Positions 1 to 10,121 of a stretch of 64,000 nucleotides of DNA are shown piece after piece; the first letter of the stretch is position 1, and each line of letters begins with the position of its first letter. The stretch lies in contig JBEKBG010000003.1 of the NCBI GenBank assembly GCA_050015515.1, forward strand, positions 6,871 to 70,870, in the 5' to 3' direction. The DNA is from Minisyncoccia bacterium (lineage in GTDB: Bacteria > Patescibacteriota > Minisyncoccia > UBA6257 > 2-01-FULL-56-20). A program made the position numbers and the translations under genes. Under the pieces are notes generated by a model, which did not search any database, had not been told where the DNA came from, and saw only the letters and a list, made by a program, of their open reading frames with translations.

Positions 1-4
1 TATT

Positions 5-1030
5 GTGAACGCCAGCGAAAAAACCACATTCGAGATCTCATGGGCAACGCTCTGGCGCGTGCTCGTTTTCGTGGCGCTCTTTGCCGTGCTGTATGACGGC
101 CGACAGATCGTACTCGGGCTTTTTTTGGCGATCATCATCTCTTCCGGGCTGGAAGGGATCGTGGATTTTTTTGAGACCCGCATCAGCCTGCCACGAAGCG
201 TGAGCGTCATTTTGATCTTTCTCATCGCGCTGATCATTTTTGTTGCGGTTGTCTATACCGTCATTCCGTTCCTGCTCGTGGAGATCGGCACGATCCTTTC
301 CGGCGTCAATGCAGCGAGCCTCGGCGGATGGGGGATCTTGCTCGATCTCAAGGCGCCACAATCGGTGGGATCGCTCGTTGGGAAAGTATCTTCACAATTC
401 ATTTCCGGCAGCGCCTCGCCGCTCCAACTTTTTTCCCAGATGCTCGGAAGTTTCGGCCTCGCGGTGGCGGTGTTCGCGAGCTCGTTCTATTTGAGCATCA
501 GCCATGACGGCGTGGAAAAATTCTTAAAGATCGTCGTGCCGCCGGATTACGACGAGACGGCAATGCGGATCTATAAGCGGTCCAAAGAATTGATCGGGTC
601 GTGGTTTCGGATGCAGGTGGTGCTCAGCGCGATCATGGGATTTTTAGTATGGGGAGGATTGTCGCTGCTTGGCGTGCGGTACGCGTTCTTGATCGCCATT
701 TTGGCGGCGATTTTCGAGCTGGTGCCGTTCCTCGGGCCGATCCTTTCCGGCGCGGTCGCCGTCGTTGCGGCGCTTTTGACCTCCGCCATACTCGCGTTCT
801 GGACGTTGGTATTCTTCCTCATTGCACAGCAGTTCGAATCGCATGTCCTCGTGCCGCTTTTGAGCCGCCGGTCGGTGGGACTGCATCCGGTCATCGTCAT
901 CGTCGCATTGCTTATCGGCGCGGAAATGGGCGGTGTACTTGGGCTCATCATCGCCGTCCCGCTCGCGGCGATCGCGCAGGAGATAATTCAGGATTGGTCC
1001 TCAAAGCGCCGAGCAAAAGCTATGGCATGA
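5..1030 (+). CDS. AI-2E family transporter (PerM-like)
   Basis: Multi-TM protein with FELVPFLGP, QQFESHVLVP and VGLHPV...GGVLGLIIAVP motifs typical of AI-2E. Confidence 0.9.
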   Translation: MNASEKTTFEISWATLWRVLVFVALFAVLYDGRQIVLGLFLAIIISSGLEGIVDFFETRISLPRSVSVILIFLIALIIFVAVVYTVIPFLLVEIGTILSGVNAASLGGWGILLDLKAPQSVGSLVGKVSSQFISGSASPLQLFSQMLGSFGLAVAVFASSFYLSISHDGVEKFLKIVVPPDYDETAMRIYKRSKELIGSWFRMQVVLSAIMGFLVWGGLSLLGVRYAFLIAILAAIFELVPFLGPILSGAVAVVAALLTSAILAFWTLVFFLIAQQFESHVLVPLLSRRSVGLHPVIVIVALLIGAEMGGVLGLIIAVPLAAIAQEIIQDWSSKRRAKAMA

Positions 1031-1105
1031 GCAGTATGCTGTGCTGAGGCATGGAAGATTAAATGCCTCAGCACAGCATACTGCTCATGCCATAGCTTTT
1101 GCTCG
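1010..1105. repeat. Perfect 43-bp inverted repeat with a 10-nt loop overlapping the AI-2E stop codon
   Basis: 1010-1052 is the exact reverse complement of 1063-1105. Confidence 0.95.
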
Positions 1106-1146
1106 ATGGGTTGCAGAAAGAGGAGAAAAAATAGTACGCTATTGCA

Positions 1147-2592
1147 ATGGACTCACGCGACGAATTTTATATCACGACCCCGATCTATTATGTGAACGAC
1201 AAACCGCATATCGGCCATGCGTATTCGACGATTGTCGCCGACACACTCGCGCGCTGGCGCGAGACGCGCGGAGAGCACGTGGTGTTTTCCACCGGCGTGG
1301 ATGAGAATGCGCAAAAGACGGTTGATGCGGCGAAGAAGACCGGCGAGGAGATCCACGCGTATACCGACCGCATGGCGGATATTTGGAGCGGAACGTGGGC
1401 AAAACTCGGTATTTCAAACACGGATTTTATCCGCACCACGGAGGAGCGGCATATCGAAGTGGTCAATGACATTTGGGGCCGCATGGAGGCCGCCGGGGAT
1501 ATCTATAAAGGACAGTATCAGGGATTGTATTGCAAAGGACATGAGGCGTTCATGAAAGAGGACGAGCTGACGCCTGACGGGCTTTGCCCTGAGCACAAAG
1601 TTGCGCCGGAGCTCATTACCGAAGAAAATTATTTCTTCCGTTTATCAAACTATCAACAGAAGTTGCTGGATTTTTATGAAACACACGGCGAGTTCGTCGC
1701 GCCCGCGCACCGGTTCAACGAAGTGCGCGCGTTTGTCGAGAACGGTCTGGAGGATGTGAGTTTCTCGCGCGAAAAGAAGGAGTGGGGGATCCCGGTGCCG
1801 GACGATCCCGGCCAGGTCATCTATGTATGGGCCGACGCGCTCGTGAATTACATCACTATCGTCGGCGTGGAGGGATGGGAAGAACATCCGGCGGATGTGC
1901 ATGTGATGGCAAAAGAAATCGTGCGATTCCACGCGGTGATCTGGCCGGCGATGCTCATGTCCGCTGGGTTGCCGCTGCCCGGACAGATCGTTTCCACCGG
2001 ATTTCTTACCGTGAACGGAACGAAGATGTCAAAGTCATTGGGTAACGGGGTGGACCCGCTCGATCTTGCGGCGCGCTACGGCAACGATGCGGTGCGCTAT
2101 TTTCTCCTGCGCGAGGTTTCCTTCGGCGATGACGGCGATTTTTCCGAGGCCAAGATGAAGGAGCGCTACAACGCGGACCTTGCAAACGGGCTTGGCAACT
2201 TTGCCGCGCGGGTACTGACGTTGGCGGAAAAGGAAACGCTGTCCACGGCAGATGCCACGCTCGACGGTGATTTTGATATCACGATCGAGACGATGAAGCG
2301 AATGGTCTACGCGAAGTTAAAAGAGTATAAATTCTCCGACGCACTCGCCGCGATCTGGTCCGCGATCTCGTTCGGCGATCGCTATGTGAATGAGCGGAAG
2401 GTGTGGGAGATAAAAGACGACGCCACGCGCGCGGTGACGCTGTTCAATCTTGTGTCGTTACTTGAAGCTGTCGCGACCGAGCTCGTGCCATTTTTGCCGG
2501 AGACATCCCACAAAATCCGTGCGGCAATTGTGCGCGAAGGCGGTGTGTTAAAGACGAAGAAGCCGGACACGCTGTTTCCGCGGATAAAATAA
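1147..2592 (+). CDS. metG: Methionine--tRNA ligase (short form, no C-terminal tRNA-binding domain)
   Basis: FYITTPIYYVN, HIGH, VIYVWADAL and KMSKS motifs. Confidence 0.97.
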   Translation: MDSRDEFYITTPIYYVNDKPHIGHAYSTIVADTLARWRETRGEHVVFSTGVDENAQKTVDAAKKTGEEIHAYTDRMADIWSGTWAKLGISNTDFIRTTEERHIEVVNDIWGRMEAAGDIYKGQYQGLYCKGHEAFMKEDELTPDGLCPEHKVAPELITEENYFFRLSNYQQKLLDFYETHGEFVAPAHRFNEVRAFVENGLEDVSFSREKKEWGIPVPDDPGQVIYVWADALVNYITIVGVEGWEEHPADVHVMAKEIVRFHAVIWPAMLMSAGLPLPGQIVSTGFLTVNGTKMSKSLGNGVDPLDLAARYGNDAVRYFLLREVSFGDDGDFSEAKMKERYNADLANGLGNFAARVLTLAEKETLSTADATLDGDFDITIETMKRMVYAKLKEYKFSDALAAIWSAISFGDRYVNERKVWEIKDDATRAVTLFNLVSLLEAVATELVPFLPETSHKIRAAIVREGGVLKTKKPDTLFPRIK

Positions 2593-2609
2593 TCTTCGCC
2601 CGCAGGCTG

Positions 2610-3206
2610 TTATCGCCGCGTTTCGTCAAAGAGGCTTTCGTAGACGCGATTGATGTCGCGGTGGAAGTGTTCGATATCGTCGTGGTTGTTCTCGATCACG
2701 ATCTCGGCGCGGAGTCCGATGTCGGGAATATCCACTTCCGTCCGCGCCTGTTCCTGCCGCGCAAAATTCTCCCACGTCGTCGCGCCCTCGCCGGCGCGGT
2801 TTCGCGCGAGCAGGCGGGCATAGCGCACTTTCGGATCGGCGGGAATATATATGATGATCGATTTTATTCCTTCCTCATTGAGATCGCGTAGCATCTTTTC
2901 GTCTCCAAGCCATCGTATGCCGTCCAGAATGGTCACGTCAACGTCTTCGTGCGTGATGCGGTTTTTCATCGCGCGCGCAAGCGCCCCATCCTTGAAACCA
3001 GTTTCCGCGTTCATAATGATCGCCATCTTTTGCTCGTTATCGCGCCCATGCGGAATGCCCCATAGGTCGAGCGTCTCGCGCAGGATCTCAGAGAACGTAT
3101 GACGGCTCACCGAATAACCGTCTTCGATGAGCAGTTTTTCCAATACGTTCGCGCAGGTTTCCTTTCCTGCGAGCGGCGCGCCGACGATGCCGATGACGAG
3201 TTTCAT
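2610..3206 (-). CDS. P-loop kinase (dephospho-CoA/nucleotide kinase-like)
   Basis: N-terminal IGIVGAPLAGKET Walker A variant and ILDGIR motif; start taken at MKLV. Confidence 0.7.
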   Translation of the reverse strand: MKLVIGIVGAPLAGKETCANVLEKLLIEDGYSVSRHTFSEILRETLDLWGIPHGRDNEQKMAIIMNAETGFKDGALARAMKNRITHEDVDVTILDGIRWLGDEKMLRDLNEEGIKSIIIYIPADPKVRYARLLARNRAGEGATTWENFARQEQARTEVDIPDIGLRAEIVIENNHDDIEHFHRDINRVYESLFDETRR

Positions 3207-3250
3207 ATAATGGTATTGTAACAAAAAAATTGTGATAAGATGAATCTACT

Positions 3251-4126
3251 ATGGCTGAACAACCCTATTTCCTCGACGCCCATACCCACGTGCAATTTTC
3301 CGGTTACGACGCCGATCGCGGCGCGGTCATCCAACGCGCGCTTGACGCGGGTGTCCGGAAGATGATCGTCATTGGCACACAGAAGGATACGTCGCGTTCA
3401 GCGGTGGCGTTGGCGGAGCAATATCCCGACAATGTCCGCGCTGCGATCGGGCTTCACCCCATCCACACGAGTCGGTCGTTCCACGATGCGCAGGAGCTCG
3501 GCGGCGGAGACGCGGCGCAGGCGTTCACCTCGCGCGGCGAGAGTTTTGATATGGACTATTACCGAGCGCTCGCGCGGGATCCACGGACGGTCGCGATCGG
3601 CGAATGCGGCCTGGATTATTTTCATTTCAACGACGACGAGCCGCGCGAGGTGCAGATCGCCCGGCAAAAAGATGCGTTTCTTTTACAGATCGATCTTTCT
3701 AAAGAAGTGAGGAAGCCGCTCATGGTCCATTGCCGCGATGCGTTTTCCGACCTTATCGAGTTTCTTCAGCCGCATGCGGACGATCTTACGCCCGGCGTCG
3801 TGCATTTTTTTACCGGCACCGCAGATGACGCCCGGCGTCTGCTCGACATGGGATTTTCATTTACCTTCGGCGGCGCGATTACGTTCCCGCCACGCAAAGG
3901 AAGAACGCAGGGCGACTATGACGAGGTGATCAAGCTGATCCCGATCAATCGCATCATGAGCGAGACCGACGCGCCGTACGTCGCTCCCGCGCCGTTTCGT
4001 GGCAAGCGCAACGAGCCGGCGTATGTGGTGCACGTGGTGGCACGGCTTGCGGAATTGAAAGGCGTCTCGACGGATGAGATGAAGGCGCAGATAGAAGAGA
4101 ACTCGCAGCGGATATTTGGGATATAA
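3251..4126 (+). CDS. tatD: TatD family DNase
   Basis: DAHTH, GLHP, IGECGLDY, HCRDA, HFF, ETDAPY and RGKRNEP motifs. Confidence 0.95.
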   Translation: MAEQPYFLDAHTHVQFSGYDADRGAVIQRALDAGVRKMIVIGTQKDTSRSAVALAEQYPDNVRAAIGLHPIHTSRSFHDAQELGGGDAAQAFTSRGESFDMDYYRALARDPRTVAIGECGLDYFHFNDDEPREVQIARQKDAFLLQIDLSKEVRKPLMVHCRDAFSDLIEFLQPHADDLTPGVVHFFTGTADDARRLLDMGFSFTFGGAITFPPRKGRTQGDYDEVIKLIPINRIMSETDAPYVAPAPFRGKRNEPAYVVHVVARLAELKGVSTDEMKAQIEENSQRIFGI

Positions 4127-4172
4127 AGGAAGATTGAGAAAACCTCGCGAAAGCGATAGAATGGGAGTACTG

Positions 4173-6677
4173 ATGATTCCCTACGACCCAAAGAAGATCG
4201 AGGAAAAATGGAATAAAAAATGGCTCGAAGAGAAGGTCTTTAAAGCTGTCGACGATTCGGCGAAGCCGAAATATTATCAGCTGGAGACGTTCCCATATCC
4301 GTCCGCGGCGGGATTGCACATGGGCCATCCCAAGGGCTATACCGCGGAAGATATTCACGCGCGCTATATGCGCATGCACGGGTATGAAGTGCTTTACACG
4401 ATGGGATGGGACGCATTCGGACTCCCGACGGAAAATTATGCGATCAAAGTAGGGAGGAATCCGAAAGAGATCGCGCGCGAGAACACGGACAACTTCCGCC
4501 GTCAGGTGCAGATGTTCGGCTTCTCGTACGACTGGGACCGCGAGATCGATACTTCCTCGCCCGAATATTATAAGTGGACGCAGTGGCTCTTTATCCAGCT
4601 TTTCAAAAAAGGACTGGCGTATCGCAAGAATGCCAGAGCGAACTGGTGCCCAAAGGATCAGACCGTGCTTGCGAACGAGCAGGTGATCGACGGCAAATGC
4701 GAACGGTGTGGGAGTGTGATCGAAGAGCGCATGATGGAGCAATGGTTCCTTAAGATCACCAATTATGCGGATCGGTTACTCGCCGATTTGAAGGGCCTCG
4801 ACTGGCCGGCGGCGACGATCAAGCGCCAAGAGGACTGGATCGGAAAGAGCGAAGGGGCGCTGCTGAAATTTTCATTAAAAAATTCTGACGCGGCGATCGA
4901 AGTCTTTACGACGCGTCCAGACACACTGTTCGGCGCGACATACCTTGTTCTCGCACCGGAGCATCCGTGGGTGACGCTCGCGCTCGCCGACCAACACGAT
5001 ATTCTATTGAACAACGATGAAGTGAAAAAATATGTGGAAACGTCTTCTCATAAGACTGACCGCATGCGCCAGGAAGACGTAAAGGACAAAACCGGCGTGG
5101 AGCTGAAAGGGGTGATGGCTATCAATCCTGCAACGAAGGAAGAAATACCAATGTGGGTCGCGGATTATGTTTTAGGTTCGTATGGCACCGGCGCTATCAT
5201 GGGCGTGCCCGCGCACGACGAGCGCGACTTCGAGTTCGCAAAGAAATTTGGATTGCCGATAAAAAAGGTGGTGGTGCCGAAGCCGATCATTCCTGGCGTT
5301 CCTGTCGCGAGCGCCGCGATGGGTGGCGCATCGCCGGAGTTGCGGGCAGAAGAGGATCTGTGGGAGGGAGTCGGTGATCTGATAAATTCAGGTAAATTTA
5401 CGGGGATGAGCTCTGAAAAGGCCAAAGCGGAGATTGTTGCGTTCGTCGGCGGCGCGATGAAAACGCAGTACAAGATCCGCGATTGGTCCGTGTCGCGCCA
5501 GCGCTATTGGGAGGCGCCCGTCCCTATGATATATTGTGCAAAATGCGGGATTGTGCCGGTGCCGGAGAGTGAACTGCCGGTGGTGTTGCCGGATCTTGAA
5601 AACTATCGTCCGCAGGGGATGGCGCCGCTCGCCAGCTCGCCGAACTTCATCAACGTGAAGTGTCCGCAGTGCGACGGCGATGCCAAGCGCGATTCCGAAA
5701 CGCTCGACACATTTGTGGATTCTTCGTGGTATTTCCTTCGCTATCCGGATCCGCATAACGCGACCGCGATCTTCGATAAAGAAAAAGTGGCACATTGGAT
5801 GCCGGTGGATCTCTATGTGATCGGCGCGGAGCACACGGTGATGCACTTGCTCTACTCGCGTTTCATCACAAAGTTTTTGCATGACGAAGGATATCTCGCT
5901 TTCGTTGAGCCATTCAAGAAGATGCGGCATATCGGACTCATCATGGGCGCGGATGGCGCGAAGATGTCCAAAAGCAAAGGCAACGTGGTGAATCCCGACG
6001 AGATCGTCGCGGAGTTTAGCGTCGATGCCCTGCGAATGTATTTAATGTTCCTCGGCCCGTTCTATGAAGCGACGCCGTGGGATGCGAAGGGGATCCTTGG
6101 GGTCGAGCGATTTTTAAAGCGGTTCTGGAAATATTGCGCCGAAAATTTGGCGGGCGGAGGTGCCGCTGCCGGCGGCGCAGAGAAGCCGTCCGCGCGCGTT
6201 GCGCTCCATCGCACGATCAAAAAAGTAGGGGATGACATCGAGGCGTTCAAGTTCAACACCGCCATCTCGGCGCTTATGATACTCTTAAATGAGTTGGAGG
6301 CATCCGCATCGCTCGCACGCGAGGAACTCGCACCGCTCGTGAAGATCATCCATCCGTTCGTGCCGCATATGGCACAGGAGCTGTGGTCGCTCATGGGCAA
6401 TGCGAGCTATGTGGATTTCGAGCCGTGGCCCGCGTACGACGCGGCGCTTATCGCAGAGGAGAAGATCACCATCGTGTTCCAAGTGAACGGGAAGACGAAA
6501 GACGTGGCATCCGTGGGTGCGACGATCGATGAGGCCGCCGCAAAAAAAATGGCGCTCATGAGCGAAAAAGTGAAGGCCGCGATCGCCGCCGCCGCGGGTA
6601 ACGCGCAAGGCGCCGCTGTGTCGACGCCGAAACGCATCATCTACGTCGATAAAAAATTGGTCAATATCGTTATCTGA
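4173..6677 (+). CDS. leuS: Leucine--tRNA ligase
   Basis: FPYPS..GLHMGH, FTTRPDT, GTGAIMGVPAHDERD and KMSKS motifs; start at 4173 or 4161. Confidence 0.97.
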   Translation: MIPYDPKKIEEKWNKKWLEEKVFKAVDDSAKPKYYQLETFPYPSAAGLHMGHPKGYTAEDIHARYMRMHGYEVLYTMGWDAFGLPTENYAIKVGRNPKEIARENTDNFRRQVQMFGFSYDWDREIDTSSPEYYKWTQWLFIQLFKKGLAYRKNARANWCPKDQTVLANEQVIDGKCERCGSVIEERMMEQWFLKITNYADRLLADLKGLDWPAATIKRQEDWIGKSEGALLKFSLKNSDAAIEVFTTRPDTLFGATYLVLAPEHPWVTLALADQHDILLNNDEVKKYVETSSHKTDRMRQEDVKDKTGVELKGVMAINPATKEEIPMWVADYVLGSYGTGAIMGVPAHDERDFEFAKKFGLPIKKVVVPKPIIPGVPVASAAMGGASPELRAEEDLWEGVGDLINSGKFTGMSSEKAKAEIVAFVGGAMKTQYKIRDWSVSRQRYWEAPVPMIYCAKCGIVPVPESELPVVLPDLENYRPQGMAPLASSPNFINVKCPQCDGDAKRDSETLDTFVDSSWYFLRYPDPHNATAIFDKEKVAHWMPVDLYVIGAEHTVMHLLYSRFITKFLHDEGYLAFVEPFKKMRHIGLIMGADGAKMSKSKGNVVNPDEIVAEFSVDALRMYLMFLGPFYEATPWDAKGILGVERFLKRFWKYCAENLAGGGAAAGGAEKPSARVALHRTIKKVGDDIEAFKFNTAISALMILLNELEASASLAREELAPLVKIIHPFVPHMAQELWSLMGNASYVDFEPWPAYDAALIAEEKITIVFQVNGKTKDVASVGATIDEAAAKKMALMSEKVKAAIAAAAGNAQGAAVSTPKRIIYVDKKLVNIVI

Positions 6678-6678
6678 T

Positions 6679-7677
6679 ATGGGGAAGGTCGTATTCATCA
6701 TTATCATCATCGTCGCGCTGGGCACCGGATTATATCTATACAGTTCCGGCGCGTTTGCGAACGGAGTGAAGGGGATTGATACGTTGTTCCCCGCGCCTTC
6801 CGGTATGGGATCATCCAGTGCAGGTTCTTCCTCCTCTTCTTCTTTAAGTTCATTCTGGAATGATCTTGGTTTCTCCGGCAGCGCCCATGCGCCCATCGGG
6901 CCATCGCTCACGCCTGCGGCGCCGGTGCAGCAGACGACGATCACTGCGCCATCATCCGGCGCGCCCGGTAACAATGCGACCGCGCCCGCCATCAATCCCG
7001 CCGATATTCCTGCGGGATATACCGCCGCCCAGCTTTCGCCATACTTCCATGACGTGCTATTCGGGAGCGTCTCCGCGGCGAGCTTCTATTCCTACGGCAC
7101 GATCACGCTGAACGACGATGATTATAATTCAACGGGGACGATCGACATCACGGGCTGGCAGATTAAGTCGAACGACGGCGATGAATATGTTCCGCAAGCG
7201 GTCAATTTGTACGATCCCACCGGGCTCGCACCGGAAAGCGATATCAACGTCAAGACCGGCGATACGGTGTTCATTTATTCGTCATCCGCGCCGTTCAACC
7301 TGCGGCTGAACGAGTGCATCGGCTACGCCGCGCATGTTGCCAATTTTGTTCCTGCGCTGCCGCTCACGTGCCCGTATATCAACCAGTCGCAGCTCCAGGA
7401 TTTTTCGGGCGTGTGCCAGAACTATCTTGATACCATCGGGCAATGCCAGATGCCAGTCCTGTCGGGCCCGCAGGTTCCGACCAACGATTACGCCTGCATG
7501 AATTACATCGAGAATAATTTTACGTACCGCTCATGCTTCGACCAGCACTCCGAGGACGCGAACTTTTTGAGCAACCAGGTATGGGTGTGGACCGGCAGCA
7601 GCCCCGTGAATCAGTATCACGACACGGTGCGTTTGCTCGACAAGAACGGATTGCTGGTGGATATTTATACGTACTAA
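6679..7677 (+). CDS. Membrane-anchored secreted protein (Ser-rich linker, lamin-tail-like beta domain, Cys-rich region)
   Basis: N-terminal TM, poly-Ser, IDITGWQI and DTVRLLDKNG motifs, several Cys. Confidence 0.6.
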   Translation: MGKVVFIIIIIVALGTGLYLYSSGAFANGVKGIDTLFPAPSGMGSSSAGSSSSSSLSSFWNDLGFSGSAHAPIGPSLTPAAPVQQTTITAPSSGAPGNNATAPAINPADIPAGYTAAQLSPYFHDVLFGSVSAASFYSYGTITLNDDDYNSTGTIDITGWQIKSNDGDEYVPQAVNLYDPTGLAPESDINVKTGDTVFIYSSSAPFNLRLNECIGYAAHVANFVPALPLTCPYINQSQLQDFSGVCQNYLDTIGQCQMPVLSGPQVPTNDYACMNYIENNFTYRSCFDQHSEDANFLSNQVWVWTGSSPVNQYHDTVRLLDKNGLLVDIYTY

Positions 7678-7681
7678 CAAA

Positions 7682-7764
7682 AAATAAGAAAAACTCCTCT
7701 CATTTTTTACGGTCACGTTCCTACGTGGTATTTCCGTAAAAAATGAGAGGAATTTTTCTTATTT
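7682..7764. repeat. Palindromic element (31-bp arms, 1 mismatch, 21-nt loop); possible bidirectional terminator
   Basis: 7682-7712 pairs with 7734-7764; lies between convergent genes and overlaps the htrA stop. Confidence 0.9.
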
Positions 7765-8775
7765 CCTTTCCATCAATACCGCCTTTGCCGGGAATTGCTT
7801 TCCATCGCGGAGGATGAGCAGTTCGATCTCATCGCCGACATTGGATTCTTCCAGGAAATCGACGATGGGATGATCGCGGTCAAGGTGCTTTCCGTTGAAC
7901 TCCAGAATGATGTCCTTTTCTTTGATGCCTGCTTTTTCCGCAGGACTCTCGGGAACCACGGCATAGTCGTGCTCGCTTTCGCGCATGACATAGGCGCCGT
8001 AGTTCACGGAGAGCCCCATTTTTTTCTTGAGCACATCGTCGATCATTGTGTAGCGGACGCCGAGCAGCGGACGGTTGATGCGGCCGAATTTTTTTATGTC
8101 ATCGATATCGCGCCGCGCGGCGTTCACCGGGATCGCGAAGCCGATGTTTTGCGCGCCGGAGACGATCGCCGCGTTCACGCCGACGACGCAGCCGTCGCGG
8201 TCCACGATCGGGCCGCCGGAGTTGCCGGGATTGATCGCCGCGTCGGTTTGGATGAGACCGCGCATTTCCTGCGGCGGCGCGTCGGGTTCCGCCTGGGCGG
8301 TGATTGAGCGCGAAAGTCCGGAGACGATGCCGACGGAAACGGTATTGCGGAAGATGCCGAGCGCATTGCCGATCGCGATGAGCGACTGGCCGAGCTCCAG
8401 CTTCGTTGCGTCACCGAGCTTTACGCAGGGGAGTCCGTCCACGGCAATCTTCAAAATGGCGACATCGTTGATCGGATCGCGGCTTAAAATTTTTGCCGGG
8501 AAGGTGCGGCCGTCGGCAAGGATCACGGTGTATTCCGCTTTGCGTTCGCTCACCACGTGTTTGTTCGTAAGGATAAGCCCGTTCGGCGCGACGATGAATC
8601 CCGAGCCGCCGCCGGTCTGCACCATGCCTCGGTCGTCCACTGTCCCGTCCGGGATCGTCGGATTGAAGTCTTTCGGAAATTGCTTTTCAAGATCCGTCAG
8701 CCGCTCCGCGATGGCGATCGAAACGACCGAGGGCATGACCTTCTTTATGACCTTAATGACACGCTTGTCGTCCAT
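7759..8775 (-). CDS. htrA: HtrA/DegP-type trypsin-like serine protease with one PDZ domain
   Basis: GSGF, TNKHVV, DVAILK, QTDAAINPGNSGGP and a C-terminal PDZ domain. Confidence 0.93.
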   Translation of the reverse strand: MDDKRVIKVIKKVMPSVVSIAIAERLTDLEKQFPKDFNPTIPDGTVDDRGMVQTGGGSGFIVAPNGLILTNKHVVSERKAEYTVILADGRTFPAKILSRDPINDVAILKIAVDGLPCVKLGDATKLELGQSLIAIGNALGIFRNTVSVGIVSGLSRSITAQAEPDAPPQEMRGLIQTDAAINPGNSGGPIVDRDGCVVGVNAAIVSGAQNIGFAIPVNAARRDIDDIKKFGRINRPLLGVRYTMIDDVLKKKMGLSVNYGAYVMRESEHDYAVVPESPAEKAGIKEKDIILEFNGKHLDRDHPIVDFLEESNVGDEIELLILRDGKQFPAKAVLMERK

Positions 8776-8849
8776 AGGATTATTCTAACATGAAAAAAGA
8801 AAACCGCCTTCCCCAAAAGATTCAATTTTCTTGGGTTGGCGGATTTTGG

Positions 8850-9104
8850 TTATGGGGTTACGCAACTTTGCAACTTGCTCTTCCACCAGTAATAGGAACG
8901 AACGCCGATCGCGACGATGTAGACCGCATATACTATCACCATCGTGATCTGCGAAGGAATGGGGATGTCTCTCTGAAATATGACGAGAATTTCTCCGATC
9001 ACGATGTAGGCGAGGGCGGTAAAAAAGAAAGCGACCGCACCACCTATGATTCCTACGATGAGTCCCAATACTGCGTTCAAAAGCATCAACTTTCTTTTCG
9101 ACAT
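8850..9104 (-). CDS. Small two-TM membrane protein
   Basis: Two hydrophobic segments; terminator-like hairpin at ~8800-8847 downstream. Confidence 0.6.
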   Translation of the reverse strand: MSKRKLMLLNAVLGLIVGIIGGAVAFFFTALAYIVIGEILVIFQRDIPIPSQITMVIVYAVYIVAIGVRSYYWWKSKLQSCVTP

Positions 9105-9192
9105 ATCGAACCACCCTCTATACAGAGATTAGCAGTGATATTTAAGGTTGTCAAAATTATCGGGAGATAATTCGCATCCGTCGCTTTGGCGT

Positions 9193-10095
9193 TTATTTCA
9201 CGAACCGTACATATATTCCCGACGGCACTACGCGGTCGGATCCTTTTTCGTTAATATGCAACTCGCCAAATTCTCCAGCGATTTTTTTGCCCGTTGCGAT
9301 TTCCGGGAAAGAGCTTTCCACGGCTTGCAAAAGCGATTGTGGCGCATATCCTGCGGCGTAGCCGTTCAACAAGAAGAACGAGCCGGGCTTTTGCGCGAAG
9401 ATTTTTTTGACGGCGTCGAGCAGGGGAATGATATCCTCTTCGATGCGCCACACTTCGCCGTCCGGGCCACGGCCGAATGCGGGTGGATCGAGAGTGATGC
9501 CGTCATACACCGAGCCGCGCCGGATCTCGCGTTCCACGAACTTGAGCGCGTCGTCGGCGATGTAGCGCAGCGTGTTCGGCGGCACCGCCGAAAGTGCCGC
9601 GTTCTCGCGCGCCCACGCGTTGCTCTGCTTGGATGCATCGAGGTGTGTCACCATCGCGCCGTGCTTGGCAGCGACGATGCTCGCGATACCGGTATAACCG
9701 AAGAGGTTCAAAACTTTTGGTTTGTCAGCGCTTTGCTCCGCACGTTTTACAAGCGCGCTCACCCGTTCGCCAATCCATTCCCAGTTCGGCGCCTGTTCCG
9801 GAAAGACGCCGGTGTGCTTGAACGACCCGGTGCGCAGGGAAAAGCGCACGTCGCCGTGCCATGCAATATTCCATTTGTCGGGCACGTTTTTTCCGCGCCA
9901 CGATCCCTTATCTTTGTCGAACTTGAACTCCGCCCCGGCCTGTTTCCATAATTCCGGATGGAGCGGTTTCCAGATCGCCTGTGTTTCCGGACGGATCAAA
10001 ACATGCGAGCCGAACTGCTCCACTTTGCGGTTATCGCCGGAATCGAGAAGCTCGTAATCGGCCCAGCCGTTCGTCGCAAGATCAATATGTTGCAT
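9193..10095 (-). CDS. Class I SAM-dependent methyltransferase (RlmI/RlmK-like)
   Basis: YELLDSG, HTGVFPEQ, VLNLFGYTG and LDPPAFGRG motifs. Confidence 0.88.
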   Translation of the reverse strand: MQHIDLATNGWADYELLDSGDNRKVEQFGSHVLIRPETQAIWKPLHPELWKQAGAEFKFDKDKGSWRGKNVPDKWNIAWHGDVRFSLRTGSFKHTGVFPEQAPNWEWIGERVSALVKRAEQSADKPKVLNLFGYTGIASIVAAKHGAMVTHLDASKQSNAWARENAALSAVPPNTLRYIADDALKFVEREIRRGSVYDGITLDPPAFGRGPDGEVWRIEEDIIPLLDAVKKIFAQKPGSFFLLNGYAAGYAPQSLLQAVESSFPEIATGKKIAGEFGELHINEKGSDRVVPSGIYVRFVK

Positions 10096-10121
10096 GGGTA
10101 TAAGAGGATTATATCAGAAAT

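Noticed and set aside
7673-7764. Long stop-codon-overlapping hairpins as integron attC sites
   Set aside because: No paired RYYYAAC/GTTRRRY core ends, no integron integrase, and the adjacent genes are largely core genes
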